DNA from: a virus
Virus record (IMG/VR): IMGVR_UViG_3300037461_000986
Location: 1 to 64,000 of that record
Direction: 5' to 3' (one strand)
Length of the DNA stretch: 64,000 nucleotides
This document shows positions 55,001 to 61,944 of the stretch, piece after piece. The notes beneath the pieces are model-generated. The model did not search any database, was not told the origin of the DNA, and saw nothing but the letters and a program-made list of their open reading frames with translations. Each line of letters opens with the position of its first letter. Position 1 is the stretch's first letter. The translations under genes and the position numbers were made by a program.

Positions 55001-56201
55001 ACGGGTGCTCCTCGGTGACGTAGAGCTGCCGCCCGGATGAGGTGCGCACGCGCACGATCGAGTGGACCAGCCGCTTGCTGCGCTTGAGGACGGTCCCGAG
55101 AAAGCCGAAGCCCGTGACCACCTTGTCGCCCGGATGGATGAGTTCGATGGCGCGCTCGCCCGCCTCGGTCAGGATCTTGGTATTCCCTAAAAAGCAGATG
55201 TCGGTGGTGCGTTCGTCGAGCATCGCCACGACCTCCGCGTACTCGATGCCGCCCTCGGCGTAGGTACTCAGCTCGGCGTGGCTGCGCGCGCGCGCCAGGC
55301 CGTTCGCGGCCACGGTGTGCGCGTAGCCCTTGCCCATGCCCTGCCACAGATCCGGGAGTTGTTTACGGAGATCGTCGGCGACCTCGGCCCGTCCGAGTCC
55401 CTGCGCGAAGCCGGCCGCGACGATCTTGCGCGCGCGCAGGGTGAGCGCGTCGTTGCGCTGGCCGTCCATGCCGCGCACGAACCAGCTCTGCTGCGCCACG
55501 AGGCGTTCGACAGCGGCGACCTGCGGCGCGCTGATGTCGATCTCGACCGCGCCCAGAAAGCGGTCCTTGACGCTGCCGCGCGTGCCCTGCGCCATACCCT
55601 TAAAGTGCGGATCGGCTGCGTCCATCCACGCCCGGTCCAGGCCCCGCTGCTCGGTGCGCAGAGCGGCGGCCGCGCGCTTGAGCTCGTCCGCGGAGTTCTC
55701 TTGTGTAACGTCTTGGAGGCGGTCCACGAACCGGTCTACGGCGGGCAGGCCGGCCGCGGCATCGGCGGCCGCGAGGTCGGCGGCCGCGCGCCGGGTCAGG
55801 CCCTTGAAGTCGTCCGGCCGAAACGGGTCGAGCTTTGCTTTGAGGATCACGCCGGTCGGCGCAAGGATCTCCGGGCTCGGCGTCGTCGAGAAGCGATCGG
55901 TGGCGGCCCACAGGATGCGGCCGTCCGCGCGCACGCGCGCCCCCTGGTAGAGCGTGACCGCCTTCGCCCCCTGCGCGCCCAAGTCCGCGACGCATGCCAG
56001 GGCATCCCGATGGCCCGAGACCGGCAGGCGCCAGCGCTGCGCGCGCTCGAGCCGCACGGCCCACAGCGGAAGCGTCCCCTTGGCAATCGCCGCGCTCCCT
56101 ACCCCTCCGTACGCCGCCGCCGCCGCCGCGTCGCGCCCGAGATCGACTAGCGGCCAGAGCAGGGCGTAATCGCCCGCCGGATGTCGGAAGAGGGGGGTCA
56201 C
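52083..56201 (-). CDS. MuF / SPP1 gp7-type head morphogenesis protein, polyvalent form (1372 aa) with an intein and a C-terminal HExxH module
   Basis: The start was set to GTG 56201, which overlaps the upstream TGA as GTGA. The MuF core is ..ARSHAELSTYAEGGIEYAEVVAMLDERTTDI[intein]CRLMDGQV...APPYHHNCRTTLVP. A ~720-aa extension follows, ending with ..RRVLKHEGAHLVD.. (HEGAH at 52488-52502). Confidence 0.8.
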   Translation of the reverse strand: MTPLFRHPAGDYALLWPLVDLGRDAAAAAAYGGVGSAAIAKGTLPLWAVRLERAQRWRLPVSGHRDALACVADLGAQGAKAVTLYQGARVRADGRILWAATDRFSTTPSPEILAPTGVILKAKLDPFRPDDFKGLTRRAAADLAAADAAAGLPAVDRFVDRLQDVTQENSADELKRAAAALRTEQRGLDRAWMDAADPHFKGMAQGTRGSVKDRFLGAVEIDISAPQVAAVERLVAQQSWFVRGMDGQRNDALTLRARKIVAAGFAQGLGRAEVADDLRKQLPDLWQGMGKGYAHTVAANGLARARSHAELSTYAEGGIEYAEVVAMLDERTTDICFLGNTKILTEAGERAIELIHPGDKVVTGFGFLGTVLKRSKRLVHSIVRVRTSSGRQLYVTEEHPFLTRHGWQPAGALCSGDVVSTRHRSTRPPREVAWFYTEYLRRRGEQADPWAELPASAYAERCANVLVTEVDVFADGMYDVYNLEVQDDPTYVAETVVVHNCRLMDGQVIPIAGALDLANRAAAVTTPEDIGKVAPFLRQTRNDQGAMEIHAGKTLLGRFEREGSGNVDDRGRAQQFVAGAGFNGANVGAPPYHHNCRTTLVPRMDVAQVPKGSAMRAVGPAPSENGDWTSFGALEQFKMPTPSKPVVTGTLTPVDDYGLPRWKAPDAGTRRAIGASAEVYGVRTMGSDPMTRGFDEAAPWARAQIDELATNPGLFATPGHAVMHLTAQSSSRAALGALVANPASAGRSRLVQMVDTKGETIWARFTGRMTKAMADAAMAVRLATTPAEAQVAAEELLRIAELAGAVRIGKTVDAVSNPATARVTMGTSGLPARSPLAKPRTTGAQPQTGTKPNAGPSPLEEPAGPRLTGALKDAPIGAQLYAARPDGAIITKAQWKQEHAVWSSATVDANGVPVKRSEWAALSDKAVTFQTSLRVIRPQPSDHVVNVTATQLVNPRFPASRRFLVSALEAEVASNLAGKRDWVVNDHEGNAVFLRIDGAVLGKVPTDVFTRVADAWIQTGNAEKLAKLGVELFTDVRQAYPKARIDWNQRNLIPGVPVHEQVDKRLAIVRDEVQGRIRKEEERLGRALKTAEKGQIITKIVKEGAAKAKPSDVLVDRTAKMTPAQVAAQTAADRATVSDKIKGSLEMQRGETARKALDFALQHCSDPVVQAVAAMGAPRFYRSLQWRRGFMKRRLVLFGEDGEGAFISMPDNYERTLSGQSGRAAVAGRRVLKHEGAHLVDRVGKNGVAARIVRNRLARDVDNLLKGDISLYGKGGTEDEYALPGAFMDRYDAKVYGEEAKALIKNLGKPLKAKDYQTPASIDEYDTRTNTEFLSTAVERLSSAAEIGKNWEVAADQVAFMISALRGHYVPH
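54702..55196 (-). other. mini-intein (165 aa, Hint domain, no endonuclease) inside the MuF domain
   Basis: It begins CFLGNTKILTEAG (block A). It has VTEEHPF (block B, TxxH). It ends DVYNLEVQDDPTYVAETVVVHN, followed by a +1 Cys. Removing it restores the contiguous sequence DERTTDI-CRLMDGQV. Confidence 0.8.
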
Positions 56202-56491
56202 TTGTCCCCCACTAGGCGCGGCACGCCGGTATGAATAATGAACCACCGTCCGCAGCGCCGGCAGGTCCCAGCCCCGCAATGGATCGGCGTGAGCAGGTTC
56301 GGCGCGTCGGCATACCCGGTCGCCACCTGGGCCGTGAACTGGAGCGCGGCGCACGCCGGACAGCGCAGGATGGCCACGGGGCCGCGCTGTACGATGTCGC
56401 CGGACTCTAACGCGCCCGCCGCATAGGCCGCGCCCAGCGACGTGACGTCCGCCCGCAGGCGATAGCGGGCAATGCGCAGGGCGTCAGGCAT
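56198..56491 (-). CDS. small zinc-ribbon protein (Com-like arrangement)
   Basis: 97 aa with CPAC...x24...CGAGTCRRCG. Confidence 0.55.
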   Translation of the reverse strand: MPDALRIARYRLRADVTSLGAAYAAGALESGDIVQRGPVAILRCPACAALQFTAQVATGYADAPNLLTPIHCGAGTCRRCGRWFIIHTGVPRLVGDK

Positions 56492-57185
56492 GGGTGGCCT
56501 CGAGGCCCGGGTCGGTGCCCGGGTAGCCCCAGGCCTGCGCCACCTGCTGCACGTCGCGGCGCCAGCCGCTCAGCCGCGCGCGCGGGTCCCACATGGCCCG
56601 CAGCACCATCGCGCGGTACACGCGGCAGAGCGCGCGCTTGAACGGCCAGGGGGTCATCCAGTAGCCCGGATGCGCGAGCGCCGCGGTCGCCTGGTCGATG
56701 CCCGCCGCGCGCGTCATGCCGAAGCACCGCATGGCCGTGACCTGCACCGCGTAGGCCTCGGCCTCGAAGGTCGCGCGGCTGGGCGCGGGCCAGGGCCACG
56801 CGAGCAGGCCGAGCACGCCGAACGGCACCCAGGCTGGCAGCAGGCCCCGCGCGGTCGCCACGAGCGCCGCGATGTACGCGACGAGCAGCAGGAGCTGCTG
56901 CAGGAAGTAGAGCGGATAGAACCGCAGGGGATGGACCAAAGCATGCGTGCCCTCGTGCGCGACCATCGCCACGACCCACGGCGCGTCGAGCAGGCGGCCC
57001 GGGTCTCCGACGTACCAATGCCGGCCCCAGCTCACGACGCGGTTCCCGATGAGCGGCCGCAGCGCACGCCAGAGCCACGGCGCCAGGGCCGCCTCGAAGG
57101 ACGTTACAATGGGCCGCCAGCCGAGCCGCGCGCGCAACGCGTCCAGCAGCTCCTCGCCGGCCTGGTGCATGGGCTCAACCCGCAT
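56484..57185 (-). CDS. HExxH-motif protein with hydrophobic (membrane-like) segments
   Basis: 233 aa. VVAMVAHEGTHALVH is followed by FYPLYFLQQLLLLVAYIAALVATARGLLPAWVPFGVLGLLAWPW. Confidence 0.55.
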   Translation of the reverse strand: MRVEPMHQAGEELLDALRARLGWRPIVTSFEAALAPWLWRALRPLIGNRVVSWGRHWYVGDPGRLLDAPWVVAMVAHEGTHALVHPLRFYPLYFLQQLLLLVAYIAALVATARGLLPAWVPFGVLGLLAWPWPAPSRATFEAEAYAVQVTAMRCFGMTRAAGIDQATAALAHPGYWMTPWPFKRALCRVYRAMVLRAMWDPRARLSGWRRDVQQVAQAWGYPGTDPGLEATHA

Positions 57186-57210
57186 CGGTGCCTTTCTCTA
57201 CCGTGCGGCG

Positions 57211-57570
57211 CTATTTGAAAACGCCGAGTCCGGCGGCCACCGCCGCGATGAACAGGTGATCCTTGGCCTTCTGCGCCTCCGGCAGGTCTGCATATGGAAC
57301 CATGCACGGATGCTCTTTGAGGTCTGGATCCTTGACCGGGCCGTACTTCCACCCGTCGGCTACCTTCTGCTCGAGCCAGGATACGTGTGAGTCCTCTGGC
57401 TTCATCTCGGGATTAGCCTCGATGTTTTTAACTCCCATAATCGCGCTGTACTGCTGCCACTCGGGCGCGTCCTCCCACGCGGGCTGCGACATATCGCCCA
57501 GCAACGCGCAGTACAAGCGATTGACCTCATGCGCAAAGCGCGCGACCTCGATGGCATACTCTTTCGTCAT
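57211..57570 (-). CDS. RyR-domain protein
   Basis: The start was re-set to ATG 57570 (MTKEYAIEVARFAHEVN...), preceded by AGGGAG. HVSWLEQKVADGWKYGPVKDPDLKEHPCMVPYADLPEAQKAKD matches the RyR-domain signature (H..W....GW.YG...D...K.HP..VPY..L.E..K..D). Confidence 0.7.
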   Translation of the reverse strand: MTKEYAIEVARFAHEVNRLYCALLGDMSQPAWEDAPEWQQYSAIMGVKNIEANPEMKPEDSHVSWLEQKVADGWKYGPVKDPDLKEHPCMVPYADLPEAQKAKDHLFIAAVAAGLGVFK

Positions 57571-57580
57571 GGTGCTCCCT

Positions 57581-58060
57581 TTATGATGGCGGTGTGACAA
57601 AGTACGGCTCGACCCACTCGCTGAAGCTGGCCACACTCTCGGAGGCGCAGAGCGGCCGGACGCAGGCGGCGCGCCCGCTCGCCCGCAGCCCGCGGTCCGG
57701 GCCGACCACGATCTGCGTGACCAGCTCATCGTAAAGCGGGAACGTAACCGGGTGCACCAGCGTGCCGCCGACGGTCGGGCCGAGCGCGTACACGCCGAGC
57801 GCGCGCGCAATCTGCCGCAGCGCGTCGGTCGCCACGAGCGCGTCCGTGCGCTCGTTCCACGCGGCGCTGAACGTGATGATGCGCGGACCACCTTCGTATG
57901 TGATCGTCTGCGTCCACCGCGCCACGTTGATGAAGTCGCCACCACCGCCGTCCGGCCGCGGGACGATCGGTTGCGCGTAGGCCTCCATGCCCAGCGCCAC
58001 CGTGAACGTGTCGCCGTTGCAGTTGCTCACCAGGAAGCTGCCGAGGACGGGCGGGATCAT
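57581..58060 (-). CDS. hypothetical protein
   Basis: 159 aa. ATGA overlap with the upstream ORF. Confidence 0.55.
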   Translation of the reverse strand: MIPPVLGSFLVSNCNGDTFTVALGMEAYAQPIVPRPDGGGGDFINVARWTQTITYEGGPRIITFSAAWNERTDALVATDALRQIARALGVYALGPTVGGTLVHPVTFPLYDELVTQIVVGPDRGLRASGRAACVRPLCASESVASFSEWVEPYFVTPPS

Positions 58061-58341
58061 GACGCCCTCGACGGGTCGTCAGTGCGCAGCACCGGCCGGT
58101 AGCCGTTGCAGTCGAGGCGCGGCATGCAGCGCTCCGGGATGATGTCGCCCTCGCGCCGCGCGAGGTAGGCCGCGGCGGGCGAGATGCAGTAGTAGCCCGC
58201 GCCGTCGGTCTTGGTGATGATGACGTCCGCCCACGGATTCGTGATCGGATCGTGCTCGGGGCCGAGCCGCCAGCGCGAGCCCACCTCCAGCGTTCGATAC
58301 GGCCCCATGCTTTTTGTTTCGAAGCACAGCGGTAGCGTCAT
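58057..58341 (-). CDS. hypothetical protein
   Basis: This is the credible C-terminal part of track ORF 58057..58878. ATG 58341 (MTLPLCFETKSMGPYRT...) overlaps the portal stop as ATGA. The upstream part of that track ORF is antisense-like junk lying inside the portal gene. Confidence 0.5.
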   Translation of the reverse strand: MTLPLCFETKSMGPYRTLEVGSRWRLGPEHDPITNPWADVIITKTDGAGYYCISPAAAYLARREGDIIPERCMPRLDCNGYRPVLRTDDPSRAS

Positions 58342-60212
58342 GGTTCCTCGCCCTCCATCGCGCGGGTATCGCGCAGCGTGACGCGGAGCGCGTCCGCGTG
58401 CCCGGCCTCGACCAGCTCCTCGGTCAGGATGCGCGCGATGCGCTCCTCGAGCTTGGTGAGCTTCTGCTCCATGGCGAACTGGGTCTCGTACTGCGGCACG
58501 CCCGCGCCCGGCTGGTACCCGGCGAGCGTGAGCGGGAGCGGCTGGTTCGCCCACTCGGGCGGCACGTGGTCCACCGGCAGGTTGAGCACGTCGGCGGCGA
58601 GCCGCTGGATCTGCGCCGGGGTCAGGCCGCCGTGCGGCGCGACCTGCGCGACGAACGTGCCGACCTGCTCCGCACTGCGCGTGGGCGGCGTGTTGGATTG
58701 GAAGCGCAGGAACCGGATGCCCAGCTCGGGCAGGATGACCCGGTTCATGACATTGTCGAACGCCTCGCGGAGCGGCTGATAGACCTGCTGCTCGGTGAAG
58801 TTGAGCACGGCCTCGGCCGTCGCGCGGTTGAGGTTGTCGGGCGTGTAGCCGCGCATGAGCGGCGACTGCCGGAAGCACGCACCAATGATGTTGGCCGCCC
58901 GGGTGTCGTACTCAAGGAACATGGCGTCTTGGGTCTGCGCGTCGCGGAAGCTCTGGAAGGTGATGGTCGGCAGCATTGAGCGCTCGCCGGTCACACCGCG
59001 CGAGGCCAACGCCTCGACCACGAGGAATCGTGAGGTGTTCTTGCTGCCCTGCATCTCGGTGCGCAGCCGGTGCTCGAGCCGGGCCTTGACGTCCTGCTTG
59101 ATGGACCCGCCGGACACGAACAGCATGCCGCCGACGAACATCTTGTTCCGCAGGTGGTAGTAGTTCGTCTCGTTGGCCTCGCGCGTGCCGAGCACGTTGA
59201 GGATGGCCGGCGCCCAGCGCGGCGGCGAGCACGGAGACTTGGCGTAGTGCGGCGCGAAGAACAGCAGCTCGTTGGCCGGTAGCGCGGTCGGCCCCTCCTC
59301 CGCCTTGAGCGCGCGCGGCGTCGGAAAGAACTTGCCGGACTGGAGGCTGACGGTGCGCGGGTCGCCCGGGCTCTTAAAGAAGACGACGCGCCCGTCCACG
59401 TTCTGCACGTAGCGCCGCAGCCGGCGCCAGGTCTTCATCTCCCGCCCTTGCGATAGCACAGTGATGTTGTCGTCCTCGATGACCTCGACCGCCTCGTCGA
59501 AGTTCGCCACCGGGCGCACGGTGTAGCCCTGGACGTAGGCCAGGCGCCGCAGCCGCTCGTCCGAGTCGCGAATCATCTCCATGCAGCCCCAGCCGCTGGA
59601 CTCCACATCGATGCGTACCGCTTTGCGCAATTCGACGAACGAGCGGTCCGAGCAGCAGTTCGCAAACCACGAGTCGAAGCGGAAGTGCTCGCGCCGCAGC
59701 CGGCGGCCGATCATGTCGACCACCTCGTTGATGTCCTCGTCGGTGGCGTCGGGGGGCTCGGGCGTATCCTGGCCGACCGGGGTCGTCAGGTCGAGGTCGA
59801 ACCAGCGCTCGTACTCGAGCGCCTCCCGGATGGCCTCCCGGGCCTCGTCGCTCTCCAGGTCGGTCATCCAGTTAGCGATCGGCACGCCGGTATAGCCGAA
59901 GCCGTCGATGTTCTGGGCATAGCCGTCGATGTTCGGGCCGAGGTGCGGGCACAGCTCCACGAAGTTCAACATCGCGGCCGGGTCCCACGGCGTATCGCAG
60001 GCGCCCTGGGCATCCCAGGCCGCGGCGCTGTCGGCCATGGTCTGGAGCGCGGTCGCCTCGTTGATGGTGGCGTCCACGGCAACCGCGGCCTTGGCCAGCA
60101 GCTCGCGCGTGCGCACGGGCTCCGCGGTGTCCAGGCCGAACACGCTCACGCCCGCCTCGCCCGCGCCGCCGCGCTTCCCGCGCTTGTGCTTGGTGATGGT
60201 GTCGTCGGTCAT
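58338..60212 (-). CDS. portal protein
   Basis: 624 aa, of typical size and position. ..FFAPHYAKSPCSPPRWAPAILNVLGTREANETNYYHLRNKMFVGGMLFVSGG.. resembles the conserved core of P2 Q/PBSX-type portals. Confidence 0.8.
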   Translation of the reverse strand: MTDDTITKHKRGKRGGAGEAGVSVFGLDTAEPVRTRELLAKAAVAVDATINEATALQTMADSAAAWDAQGACDTPWDPAAMLNFVELCPHLGPNIDGYAQNIDGFGYTGVPIANWMTDLESDEAREAIREALEYERWFDLDLTTPVGQDTPEPPDATDEDINEVVDMIGRRLRREHFRFDSWFANCCSDRSFVELRKAVRIDVESSGWGCMEMIRDSDERLRRLAYVQGYTVRPVANFDEAVEVIEDDNITVLSQGREMKTWRRLRRYVQNVDGRVVFFKSPGDPRTVSLQSGKFFPTPRALKAEEGPTALPANELLFFAPHYAKSPCSPPRWAPAILNVLGTREANETNYYHLRNKMFVGGMLFVSGGSIKQDVKARLEHRLRTEMQGSKNTSRFLVVEALASRGVTGERSMLPTITFQSFRDAQTQDAMFLEYDTRAANIIGACFRQSPLMRGYTPDNLNRATAEAVLNFTEQQVYQPLREAFDNVMNRVILPELGIRFLRFQSNTPPTRSAEQVGTFVAQVAPHGGLTPAQIQRLAADVLNLPVDHVPPEWANQPLPLTLAGYQPGAGVPQYETQFAMEQKLTKLEERIARILTEELVEAGHADALRVTLRDTRAMEGEEP

Positions 60213-60541
60213 CGGCGGTCCTTGCCGGCGACCCGCACGATGGTGTCGTCCCCGTAGTCCCCGGCCGCGGTCACCCGCACGCGCACAAAGTTGTAGTGCG
60301 CGTCGATGGCGCCCTGGCCCGTCACGAGGGGACTGACTAGCGCCTCCCAGCGGTTACCATCGACGCTGACCTCGAGGTCCGCCGTGAACCCCGCCAGCGC
60401 GTCGAGGAATACGTCGTAGCCCTTATCCGTAGCGCCACTGAACCAGGTATCTACACCGTCAGCGACGAGCGCCTGGCGCACGGCCGGGGGCACAGGCACG
60501 TCGCATGGAATATCGAGGATCGCAAAGAACGGGTGGCTCAT
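60209..60541 (-). CDS. hypothetical small protein, paralog of 60770..61069
   Basis: The start was re-set to ATG 60541 (MSHPFFAILDIP...), preceded by AAGGAGAAG. It shares GAI..HYNFVRV.V..AG.....T..VAGKD with the other copy. Confidence 0.6.
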   Translation of the reverse strand: MSHPFFAILDIPCDVPVPPAVRQALVADGVDTWFSGATDKGYDVFLDALAGFTADLEVSVDGNRWEALVSPLVTGQGAIDAHYNFVRVRVTAAGDYGDDTIVRVAGKDRR

Positions 60542-60768
60542 GATCGCTTCTCCTTTACGGGCACGATGACGTCGTCGAGATAGCACTGGAAGTGGCAGCC
60601 GCGCGTCGGGCAGCGCGCGAGGATAACCCACGCGCGGCGCGGCGCCTTGGCCTGCACCGTCGTGAGCTGGAGGCGCCGATTGCAGGCCGGGCAGACCTTG
60701 AGGTCCACGAGGGTCTGGCCCGCGTAGGCCTCGGTCCACTGCGCGCCGGTCTTGCGCTCCGCGGGCAT
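60538..60768 (-). CDS. small zinc-ribbon protein
   Basis: 76 aa with CPAC...x21...CPTRGC. Confidence 0.55.
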   Translation of the reverse strand: MPAERKTGAQWTEAYAGQTLVDLKVCPACNRRLQLTTVQAKAPRRAWVILARCPTRGCHFQCYLDDVIVPVKEKRS

Positions 60769-60769
60769 G

Positions 60770-61069
60770 TCAATCCTTGCCGGCCACCGTCAGCGCCGTG
60801 GTCGCGCCGAGCGCCCCCGCGACGGACACGTTGACCCGCACGAAGTTGTAGTGCACGGGGATGGCGCCCGAGCCGGACGCGTTGAGGTTGGCAATCGCCG
60901 TCCAGTTGTCGTTGCCGGTCACGCTGCCCTGCAACGCGGCCGTGAACGCAGCGCCCGCATCGCGCGTGTAGCCGTAGCCCTTCTCGAACAGGCCGCACAG
61001 GTTGATGAGGTCGCTGGTGCCCCCGGCGACGGCGGGGATCGTGATGGACGCAAACATGGGCACGCTCAT
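60770..61069 (-). CDS. hypothetical small protein, paralog of 60209..60541
   Basis: 99 aa: MSVPMFASITIP...GAIPVHYNFVRVNVSVAG...TALTVAGKD. Confidence 0.6.
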   Translation of the reverse strand: MSVPMFASITIPAVAGGTSDLINLCGLFEKGYGYTRDAGAAFTAALQGSVTGNDNWTAIANLNASGSGAIPVHYNFVRVNVSVAGALGATTALTVAGKD

Positions 61070-61524
61070 GGGGCCTCCTCGGGGACGGGCGGCGCGGCCG
61101 CGTCGGCTAGGGCGGACAGGCGGTGCATGAGCACGCGCCGCGCATGGGTGAGGGCGAACGTGCGCGCGGCCCCGGTCGCATCGGCCGGCAGGGCGCGCAT
61201 GAGATCGTCGATGGCACTAATGGTCTTCGGCAGCAGGGCGGGCGGCAGGCGCAGCGCGGCCTTGACGATCTCGTCGGCCTTGGCCTGCGCGAGCTGGTCC
61301 GCGGTGAGCACGCTCGAGTCGGGGCGCACGCCGCCCTCCCGGACGACGCACCGGCAGACGACCGGGATGCGCTGGTCGTCCTTGAGCAGGTGCCCCGTGA
61401 TGCCCACGCCGTGGCAGCGCTTGCAGCTGGGCTTGGCCTTGGTGAGGTCCACGTCCTCGGCGTAGCGCATGAGCCCCTGGTCGTATGCGAAAAGCGCCTG
61501 GTGCTTTTGCGGGGTCGCGGTCAT
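61066..61524 (-). CDS. hypothetical protein with a DnaJ-type CxxCxGxG zinc motif
   Basis: The start was re-set to ATG 61524 (MTATPQKHQ...), preceded by GGAGGA. It contains CKRCHGVG...CRC. Confidence 0.5.
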   Translation of the reverse strand: MTATPQKHQALFAYDQGLMRYAEDVDLTKAKPSCKRCHGVGITGHLLKDDQRIPVVCRCVVREGGVRPDSSVLTADQLAQAKADEIVKAALRLPPALLPKTISAIDDLMRALPADATGAARTFALTHARRVLMHRLSALADAAAPPVPEEAP

Positions 61525-61931
61525 AGCGTATCCTCCAGCGGCCCGCCGTCCGCCGTGAGCAATCCGGCCTCGATGGCGCGCGTCCGCCAGCGCGCATAGT
61601 AGCATGGCAGGCACGTCGCGTCTGCCGCCATGTTGCGCGTGCGATGGTGCGCACATGCCTCGCGCGTGGCGCCCACGCGTGGCCCGCGCGCGCCCGTAGA
61701 CAAGGGGGTCATGTGCCGCAGGTCGTAGGCCGTCACGCCGACCACCACCCGGGGGAAGTACGGGTCGACCACCACGAACGCGGCCGACAGGTTCGGGTGC
61801 GCGGACAGGTCCGGGTCCGCGATGGCGTCGAGCTCGGTGCCACCCGGCAGCTCGACCGTCGCGCCGAGCGCGAGGTACCACTTGTCGAGGATGACCGCGG
61901 TCACGGGCGCTATGGTTACTTGGTTCATCAT
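61521..61931 (-). CDS. hypothetical protein
   Basis: The start was re-set to ATG 61931 (MMNQVTIAPV...), preceded by GGAGGT. It lies directly after the terminase stop. Confidence 0.5.
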   Translation of the reverse strand: MMNQVTIAPVTAVILDKWYLALGATVELPGGTELDAIADPDLSAHPNLSAAFVVVDPYFPRVVVGVTAYDLRHMTPLSTGARGPRVGATREACAHHRTRNMAADATCLPCYYARWRTRAIEAGLLTADGGPLEDTL

Positions 61932-61944
61932 GTGCGCACCTCCG

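Noticed and set aside
56191-56210. GGGGG-ACAAGUGA-CCCCC, a possible hairpin enclosing the GTG start of the MuF gene and the stop of the upstream ORF.
   Set aside because: The stem is 5 bp of G:C only, too short to claim a regulatory structure without folding energetics or conservation.
58079-58327. Track ORF 58079..58327 (82 aa, MLRNKKHGAVSN...).
   Set aside because: The translation is Arg/His/Gly-rich. An alternative frame over the same DNA (58057..58341) gives a normal-looking protein that is stop/start coupled on both sides.
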